64,000 nt of DNA, taken from Candidatus Hydrogenedentota bacterium (GTDB taxonomy: Bacteria > Hydrogenedentota > Hydrogenedentia > Hydrogenedentales > JAEUWI01). The notes under the pieces are model-generated. The model saw only the letters and a program-made list of their open reading frames with translations, was not told the origin of the DNA and did no database searches. The first letter of the stretch is position 1; every line of letters begins with the position of its first letter. The position numbers were made by a program, and so were the translations under genes. The DNA lies in the NCBI GenBank assembly GCA_034669905.1, contig JAXMOL010000008.1, positions 1 to 64,000 of the forward strand, given 5' to 3'. Of the stretch, positions 57,785 through 64,000 are shown piece after piece.

Positions 57785-58423
57785 CTATTCCGCGTAGGGA
57801 CTCACGAGGCTGGTCTCGGGCACGTCACGGTATTTCGCGCCTGCCACGAAAAACTGCACCAGGCCGTCGGCGATTTCGGGGCTGAGCCGGGTCTCGGAAC
57901 GGTTCGACTTGGCCATCATGTGCATATCCATCACGCCGAGAAAAACCAGGGTCAGACTCTGGCTGTCCCCGCCGGAGAGTTCCTTGTTTTCCAGACCGTC
58001 ACGAATCACGCGTTCTACCAACTTGAAGCGCTGCCGTATGAGCCGGTTGCGATCGAGGGACGGTCCCTGTTGGGGGGGGGAAAAAAGCACCTGAAGGATG
58101 AGGCGCACGGAATCACTGTTCTGCTCGGCGAGTTCGAAGGCACCGGCAATAATGCGCTTCAGTCGGGCAATGGAATCGCCGTCCGACTCGACGGCGGCTT
58201 CAATACGCTCCAGCAGTTCACTGAACTTCGTTTCGAAAAGGCGCCGAAAAAGGTCTTCCTTATTTTCGAAGTAGTAATACAGCACCGGCCGGGTCACCCC
58301 GGCGCCTTCGATGATTTCCCGAATACTCGTGCCCTCATAGCCCCGCTGGCTGAACAGATTGAGTGCGCTGTTCAAGAGTTTTGTTTCGGCTTCATTGGTC
58401 GTCGCAGGTTCGGGTACAGCCAT
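57785..58423 (-). CDS. TetR/AcrR family transcriptional regulator
   Basis: LNSALNLFSQRGYEGTSIREI...AGVTRPVLYYYFENKEDLF. Confidence 0.95.
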   Translation of the reverse strand: MAVPEPATTNEAETKLLNSALNLFSQRGYEGTSIREIIEGAGVTRPVLYYYFENKEDLFRRLFETKFSELLERIEAAVESDGDSIARLKRIIAGAFELAEQNSDSVRLILQVLFSPPQQGPSLDRNRLIRQRFKLVERVIRDGLENKELSGGDSQSLTLVFLGVMDMHMMAKSNRSETRLSPEIADGLVQFFVAGAKYRDVPETSLVSPYAE

Positions 58424-58442
58424 GGGTGCCTCCAGTTTTTAC

Positions 58443-58456
58443 CTAACGTTCGTTAG
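58443..58456. promoter_or_regulatory. Palindromic operator, probable TetR autoregulatory site
   Basis: CTAACG-TT-CGTTAG, 20 bp upstream of the tetR start. Confidence 0.6.
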
Positions 58457-58535
58457 TCATTCCCGATTTTAGTCCAGATCCCCGGGAATTGCAAGCCCCG
58501 TGTATAGTCCCGTAGACACCCCCCCCGAGAACCGC

Positions 58536-59129
58536 TCATGGGTAGAGGCGCTCTTGCTTCCACGCGGTGAGCTGTCGGGTGTAGCGACGTCGGTCATGAA
58601 GTCGAAAGGGCTGTTTGAGCCAAAACTCGATCTGCTGAGGGCGAAGGCGAAAACCGGACCAGAACTCAGGGCGGGGCACTTTTCCGATGGCAAACTTTGC
58701 CCCGTACTTTGCGATACGCTGTTCAAATTCAAAATGCTCGGTATAGACCGCCGACTGACGGGAAGCCCACGCGCCTATCTGACTCTGCTTGGGGCGCTGG
58801 GCGAAGTACGCGTCGGCCTCTTCTTCGCTTACCGGCTCTACCCGCCCACGAACCCGGATTTGCTTGTCGAGGGGCATCCAGTAGAAGCAGAGGGCGGCAC
58901 CCCGATTGGTTTCCAGGTCCTTGGCCTTCGTACTCCCGAGGTTGGTGAAAAAGACGAAGCCTTCTTCATCGGCCTGCTTGAGGAGCACGACCCGTGAGTC
59001 GGGCATCAGATCGGCATCAACCGTCGATAACACCATGGCCGTGGGCTCATGGATACCCTCACAGGCCTCGGCCTCCTCCAACCAACGGTGAAACAGGGCA
59101 ATGGGGTTATCTTCTTTGGGAATGGACAT
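58536..59129 (-). CDS. pdxH: Pyridoxamine 5'-phosphate oxidase
   Basis: EPTAMVLST, RVVLLK, FFTN..S.K, QIRVRG, SQIGAWASRQS, IEFW....RLHDR. Confidence 0.95.
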   Translation of the reverse strand: MSIPKEDNPIALFHRWLEEAEACEGIHEPTAMVLSTVDADLMPDSRVVLLKQADEEGFVFFTNLGSTKAKDLETNRGAALCFYWMPLDKQIRVRGRVEPVSEEEADAYFAQRPKQSQIGAWASRQSAVYTEHFEFEQRIAKYGAKFAIGKVPRPEFWSGFRLRPQQIEFWLKQPFRLHDRRRYTRQLTAWKQERLYP

Positions 59130-59184
59130 GGAATGGTGGCTTTCGGCGCGGGTCATGGGGCACCAGACCGGGGCCCCGGGCAGC

Positions 59185-59997
59185 TTAAACGAATTGTTTC
59201 ATGTACTCGAGGCTCTTGGTCGCGATCGCCTCTGGCCCCGGTTCGAAGTTAAAGACCTCAACGGACACATAGCCCTGGAAGTCCACGTCCTTGAGCGCCT
59301 CGAAGATGGGGGCGAAATCGACCTCTCCAAAGCCGGGTCCATTCAGGTTTTCATCATTGGCGTGGTAGTGCTTCATCTTGTCGGCATAACGGCGGATCAG
59401 GGTGGCCCGGTCATCCTTTTCGAAGGTCATGGCCTTCGTATCCAGGATGAGCTGAAAATTGGGGTGCTGGACCGCGTCGATAAGTTTCACCGTCTCTTCG
59501 GCACTCTGGAGGAAGTTGGTTTCCAGGTGCGTCAGGGGTTCCATGCAGATGGTCACGTCCCGCTCTTCACAGGTGGGCATGGCTTCGGACATGATTTCCC
59601 GGGCGTAGTCGAAGGCCTGGTCATAGGTCACGCCCTCTTCGATGTTGCGCTGCTTGGGCGAACCGAAGATGATGACCTTACCGCCGATATCACCACAGAA
59701 ATGGACGAGGTCCTTCATGTAGTCACTTGTAAACTTCCGGATGGCCGGATCGGGGTGGGTAAGGTGGACTCCGTCGGGTCCGACGAAAACCCAGTGAATC
59801 CCGAGGATATCGAGATCGGCTGCGGCGGCGCTACGCACGATTTCCTGCCGCGTTGCTGCGGAGATATCTGTCACGAAGGGCGAAAAGGTAAAGGGGGCCA
59901 CTTCCAGGCCGTCATACCCGACTTCCTTCACATAGTTGACGGTGCGGGTAATGTCATTCCAGTCTTTAAAGATCTCACTGCAGATTCCAAACTTCAC
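59185..59997 (-). CDS. Sugar phosphate isomerase/epimerase (xylose isomerase-like TIM barrel)
   Basis: GYDGLE, FGSP..R, MEPL...ETNF, LD, HYHAND, PG.G..DF, SVEVF. Confidence 0.88.
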   Translation of the reverse strand: MKFGICSEIFKDWNDITRTVNYVKEVGYDGLEVAPFTFSPFVTDISAATRQEIVRSAAAADLDILGIHWVFVGPDGVHLTHPDPAIRKFTSDYMKDLVHFCGDIGGKVIIFGSPKQRNIEEGVTYDQAFDYAREIMSEAMPTCEERDVTICMEPLTHLETNFLQSAEETVKLIDAVQHPNFQLILDTKAMTFEKDDRATLIRRYADKMKHYHANDENLNGPGFGEVDFAPIFEALKDVDFQGYVSVEVFNFEPGPEAIATKSLEYMKQFV

Positions 59998-60009
59998 GAA
60001 AGAGTCTTT

Positions 60010-61365
60010 CTATGATTCGGCGTTGATGATGTCGTTGTCCGGAAATTCTTCCGAATTGTAAATGAATACCCGATTGCCACCGGAGCGCTTGGCGTCATAC
60101 ATCATGGCGTCGGCAAAGCGGATGAAGGAGCGGGCCGTACTGCCCGGACGATATTGCATGAGTCCGATACTGAGGGTCAGGCGGTCAAAACGTTTGGATT
60201 CGAAGGACTGTCGAATACGTTCGGCGATGACGTGGGCCTGTTCTTCGTCGGCTTCCGGCAGGATGACGGTAAACTCATCACCGCCATAGCGGAAGCCGAT
60301 ATCGACGTGCTCACGGGTACTTTCCAGCACAACCTCGCCGGCCGTGCGCAATACGCGGTCGCCTTCGAGGTGTCCGTGGCAATCGTTGTAGGTCTTGAAT
60401 TGATCGACATCAAAGAGGAGCAACGACAAGGGGTGCCCCTGTCGGGTTGCGCGCTCAATCTCTGCTTCCAGGCGGTCATAAAAACAGCGTTGGTTGTAGA
60501 GACAGGTGAGGCTGTCCTTGATGGACATCTCCTTGAGTTCGTTTTCCAGATGTTTCTGTTGGGTAATGTCTTTGCAGATGGCGAGGGTCGATACCTTGCC
60601 CGTGCCCGGTGCCCGCACCTGGGAAAGGGTGATGTTGACGGGAATCAGCAAGCCACTTTTGTGGAGCACTTCGGACTCATAATTTTGAACCGGCTTACCC
60701 TGGTCCAACATGCGATAGATGTATTGCAACTCATCGTTGCCACCATGTATCAGGTTGGCGATGGGCATCTGCTCCAGCCCTTCGCGGGCATAGCCAAACA
60801 TGTGGGTAGCCCCCTGATTGGCAAAGGATATATTCAACCCTTCGTCAATGGTCAAAATCGCGTCGACCGTACTGTGGAACAGGCTCTCCAGATAATCTTT
60901 CGTGCCCCGCAGTTCGTGATTGGTTCGTTCCAAATCGGCCGTCGCCTCGGCCACCCGGGCTTCCAACTCGGTCTGATAGCGCTTGTTTTCAATGATCAGA
61001 CGCCGTCGCTCCAGGGCCTTTTCTACGGCCAACGAGATTTCCGAGAGGTTGAAGGGCTTCAGAAGGTAATCGTCTGCCCCGGCACGCATGGCTTCAATCG
61101 CGTTGGTCACCTCGAGCAGCGCGGTAACCACGATAACCGCCAGTTCGTCGTCCTCTTTCTTCGCCTGGAGGACGACATCAATACCATGCACCTCGGGCAT
61201 CTTGAGGTCGGTAATGAGCAGGTCAAACCGGGTTTTCTTCAGCGTTTCCAACGCGTCTACAGCCGAGGTAAACATCTCGCAGCCGTAGCCTTCTTCCGTC
61301 AGGTGCTGCCCAAGCAATTCAAGAATACTGGATTCATCATCCAGTATCAGGATGCGTGCATTCAC
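60010..61365 (-). CDS. REC-PAS-GGDEF diguanylate cyclase response regulator
   Basis: ILILDDE/DLKMP REC; PAS (FAN..A..MFGY, DITQQK); D.LT.LYN, D.FK.YND..GH..GD, RYGGDEF. Confidence 0.93.
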   Translation of the reverse strand: MNARILILDDESSILELLGQHLTEEGYGCEMFTSAVDALETLKKTRFDLLITDLKMPEVHGIDVVLQAKKEDDELAVIVVTALLEVTNAIEAMRAGADDYLLKPFNLSEISLAVEKALERRRLIIENKRYQTELEARVAEATADLERTNHELRGTKDYLESLFHSTVDAILTIDEGLNISFANQGATHMFGYAREGLEQMPIANLIHGGNDELQYIYRMLDQGKPVQNYESEVLHKSGLLIPVNITLSQVRAPGTGKVSTLAICKDITQQKHLENELKEMSIKDSLTCLYNQRCFYDRLEAEIERATRQGHPLSLLLFDVDQFKTYNDCHGHLEGDRVLRTAGEVVLESTREHVDIGFRYGGDEFTVILPEADEEQAHVIAERIRQSFESKRFDRLTLSIGLMQYRPGSTARSFIRFADAMMYDAKRSGGNRVFIYNSEEFPDNDIINAES

Positions 61366-61441
61366 GTCTCATCGCTCCAACGTCTGGTGGAATCCGCTGC
61401 AAACCCCTGCATTGAGATCGACCACATTCAGGCACCCATCG

Positions 61442-61672
61442 CTAAAGATATTTGACGACGGCTATCATCACAAAGATAGAGCCAACACCCAACCCGATTT
61501 CCAGTTTTCCAGGAAGTTGATCCTTGTCAAATTCCTTATTGCCCAACTCGCCATCTTTTTTCGAGGCGATGCTTTTGCTCTGCGCATGGACCCCGTCGAC
61601 ACAAACGAGAAACCCGAGACAGAGGACCAGGCACACAACGCCCAGCAATATGAGATACTTTGACGCCATCAT
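61442..61672 (-). CDS. Small exported/membrane protein (76 aa)
   Basis: GGGAG RBS; signal-like N-terminus (..VHAQ) and C-terminal TM. Confidence 0.65.
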   Translation of the reverse strand: MMASKYLILLGVVCLVLCLGFLVCVDGVHAQSKSIASKKDGELGNKEFDKDQLPGKLEIGLGVGSIFVMIAVVKYL

Positions 61673-61978
61673 AACAATCTCCCTGTGGTGAATGGATTAC
61701 GCTGTCATTTTAACCAGTCCCGATACAAAGTGCAATACGAATAAAAATAGTGCTCCCGCATACCCGGCAAAGAACTGGTCGACGGTCCAGACGGGTTGTG
61801 GTCCGTCGGGGGAAGGGGGTTTAAGTTTGCGATATCAGGGATGGCCGGGTTAGGGTGTATTTTCGCCTGCGCCCCCGGCTGACGATTCTTGTCTGTATTT
61901 GCCTGTTTTTGTATAATCACTGAAAGCAAGGTGCTCTACTCTGCGTTTGACCAAGGAAGACTAGAGGGTGATACCCCC

Positions 61979-62419
61979 ATGGAAAAAATCCTAACTGTTA
62001 ATGACGTCGCTGCGATCCTGCAGGTTAAGGCCATCACCGTCCGCGAAATGTTTCGCGAAAAACGGCTTCGGGGCTTTAAAGTAGGCAAGGCCTGGCGGAC
62101 GACTGAATCGATGTTGCAGGAAGATATCAGCGCACTGGCCCGGGGAGAATCGCCGGCGGAACTTCCGACGCCTGATGTTCAGCGCTCCTCGGCGACGCCG
62201 TCGGCCACACCGGTGGCCCCGCCTCCGGTCACGCCACCTCCGGCCACGGCGCCTCCAGCCACGACGCCCGAGAAGTCTGCGGCCCCTGTTGCTTCGGCCA
62301 CCCCGGCACCCTCCGCGCCCCGGGAAACCCCCAAGCGCAAGCCTGCGGCCCGGCCGGCCCCGGTGACCCAACCGGCCTCCGAGCAGGACGACGAGGATAC
62401 GCAGCAGATGTTGTTCTAG
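61979..62419 (+). CDS. Excisionase-type HTH (HTH_17) protein with Pro-rich tail
   Basis: ILTVNDVAAILQV...TVR....KRL.GFKVGKAWR; P/A/T-rich linker; ends DDEDTQQMLF. Confidence 0.85.
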   Translation: MEKILTVNDVAAILQVKAITVREMFREKRLRGFKVGKAWRTTESMLQEDISALARGESPAELPTPDVQRSSATPSATPVAPPPVTPPPATAPPATTPEKSAAPVASATPAPSAPRETPKRKPAARPAPVTQPASEQDDEDTQQMLF

Positions 62420-62519
62420 CGCGCCGGTCGAGATTGGGGCCATCTTCCCTTGTGAGGAGCAAGGGTTAATGTAATAGCGTAACTAAACATTATGACAACG
62501 CATTGATGACGTGCTAGCA

Positions 62520-62548
62520 TTGACAAAATGAAATGGCGACTATACTAT
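62520..62548 (+). promoter_or_regulatory. sigma70-type promoter
   Basis: TTGACA, 17 bp, TACTAT in an AT-rich intergenic region. Confidence 0.6.
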
Positions 62549-62667
62549 ACGTGGCAATAATCTGGTGTGGTGGGGCGTCACCATTCCCTTGTAGACAAAC
62601 CGTCTAGACGCGCGAAGTCGTGCACCGGGGATTGACTTCGCCCAGCGTATCAAGGAGCGTTTGATTC

Positions 62668-63510
62668 ATGCGAATCCTGGAGTTTCTCAACGATTCGAAA
62701 GACGATATCGAGGCATCCGGGTTGATCTACGAATGTGGACTGGCCCCCATGTATCACCGCGTTTTCTCTCCGGAAGAGCAGCGGTATATCGAAGCACGAC
62801 AAGAAGATTTCCCCTTTACCCGCGGAGAGTATATCGCCTCGCGGCTGGGTGAGCATGACATGATCAGCGACCTGGCGCTCTTCTCGCAACGCTTTCGCGC
62901 CAACCTGGAAGAACGTTTTCTTGCGGCCCGCCTGAAGTCGGTGGGGGCCCAGTTCCTCGTCGAAGCCGGTGACTGGTATGCCCTTCATCTCTTTATCCAG
63001 GAAATCATCCGGGACGCCGACAATCTCCGTGCCCATCTTCCGGCGGCCCGCGAATTCACCAAAGAGTGCTGTGAAAAACACATTCGTTATACCCACCAGA
63101 TCCGCCAGGAACTGCCGGCGGGAACGGTCCAGGGGGAACACCTGGGCTACTGGGTCATGTCTCATCTCCTGGAAGAAGAAACCAATTACGACCGTGCCCT
63201 CCACTATGCCGAACAGGGTATGAATCAGGGCTGGCAGGGCAATTGGGCGCCCCGTATCAAACACCTGCAGAAACTGGCCCCACCCCGCAGCACCCAGAGC
63301 ACGATCGTCAATCTCAGTGGTGGTCACCCGCCCGGATCGGGCCACCGCCCCACGCCCCCGCCCGGCGCCCAGGCCCCGATGCTGGAAACCGCCGAACGTC
63401 ACGTCGCCTGTTCTCAGTGCGGTCAGAAAATGCGGATCCCCTCCACCTTCACCCGGGCCTTTGGGGCCTGTGTAAAGTGCGGCAACCGGGTGGATATCCC
63501 GCAAGACTAG
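62668..63510 (+). CDS. Hypothetical protein with TPR-like helices and C-terminal Zn ribbon
   Basis: AAGGAG RBS; YDRALHYAEQG...W..RI..L; CSQCGQKMRIP...CVKCG. Confidence 0.75.
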   Translation: MRILEFLNDSKDDIEASGLIYECGLAPMYHRVFSPEEQRYIEARQEDFPFTRGEYIASRLGEHDMISDLALFSQRFRANLEERFLAARLKSVGAQFLVEAGDWYALHLFIQEIIRDADNLRAHLPAAREFTKECCEKHIRYTHQIRQELPAGTVQGEHLGYWVMSHLLEEETNYDRALHYAEQGMNQGWQGNWAPRIKHLQKLAPPRSTQSTIVNLSGGHPPGSGHRPTPPPGAQAPMLETAERHVACSQCGQKMRIPSTFTRAFGACVKCGNRVDIPQD

Positions 63511-63641
63511 TGGGTCCGCCGGGGCCAAAGTGCTCCAAATTAACGCAGTGTTTACCTTATTTTCATCTGGCACATTTTTCCGGATCCTGTGCTATACTGA
63601 AGGTGCAACGCGCATGATGGCAACCTCAGCGTGTTGGGTAG

Positions 63642-63687
63642 AGCCGCCGCGCGGTGCCACCGGCACCACACGGCGGCTGAGTTTTTT
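63642..63687 (+). terminator. Terminator-like hairpin in the leader of the last gene
   Basis: AGCCGCCG...GGTGCC-ACC-GGCACC...CGGCGGCT followed by GAGTTTTTT. Confidence 0.55.
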
Positions 63688-63861
63688 CCGGCCCCTTCCC
63701 CCCTTTTCGCGAAACTTCCCCGCCCCGTGATCAGTCCTATGTACCGATGAACAGGTAGGCCCCTTGTTATGGGGCACCGGATGTTTGATATGGTTTTCAA
63801 ACAGCCCTTTAACCGCGACCTGGCCCCTGGCCAACTTCAGATTCTGGAAGGTTTCAGCACT

Positions 63862-64000
63862 ATGTCCGTTCGACTTCTTCGCCAATTGCTTACCCCGGTC
63901 CTCGCACTGACCCTTATCCTGGGCGCTACCCTCGTCGCCTCGGCCGACAACCATGGAGACGACGAACTCAACAAAGCCATTGCCCGGCTGAATGCCGAAC
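63862..64000 (+). CDS. Secreted protein, 5' part only
   Basis: MSVRLLRQLLTPVLALTLILGATLVASA signal peptide; frame open to the window end. Confidence 0.65.
   Translation, partial: MSVRLLRQLLTPVLALTLILGATLVASADNHGDDELNKAIARLNAE

Noticed and set aside
61979..62419. Excisionase as a marker of a prophage or integrative element
   Set aside because: No integrase, att-like repeat, tRNA or phage genes nearby

Overview
GC-rich bacterial chromosomal window with about 55 CDS. I found no rRNA, tRNA, CRISPR array, transposase, integrase or prophage. The gene style (GspG-like orphan pilin, giant Asp-rich surface protein, many secreted hypotheticals) suggests a diderm such as Candidatus Hydrogenedentes, but this is inference only. 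Recognisable housekeeping genes are lnt-murJ, trkA-trkH, recG, ada and pdxH, plus an ECF sigma factor, TetR, HD-GYP and GGDEF response regulators, a Ni/Co transporter, SDRs and an alcohol dehydrogenase. The most unusual elements are: (1) a four-gene envelope operon (mini-Skp-like protein, TPR/FxLYD lipoprotein, two tandem secretins with no N-domains) with no secretion motor nearby; (2) three exported glycosidase-fold proteins (GH98-, GH15- and GH36-like) whose catalytic motifs look eroded; (3) a shared TGTCTA-N8-T(A/T)GACA operator on two promoters driving SOUL/SRPBCC/SDR/small-protein genes; (4) an HTH protein with a C-terminal clamp-binding-like QQMLF motif; (5) several REP/REPIN-like palindromes with compensatory changes, heptamer tandem repeats and a 178-nt rod-like hairpin. 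Family assignments come from motif recognition by eye, not from database searches, and start codons are best guesses.
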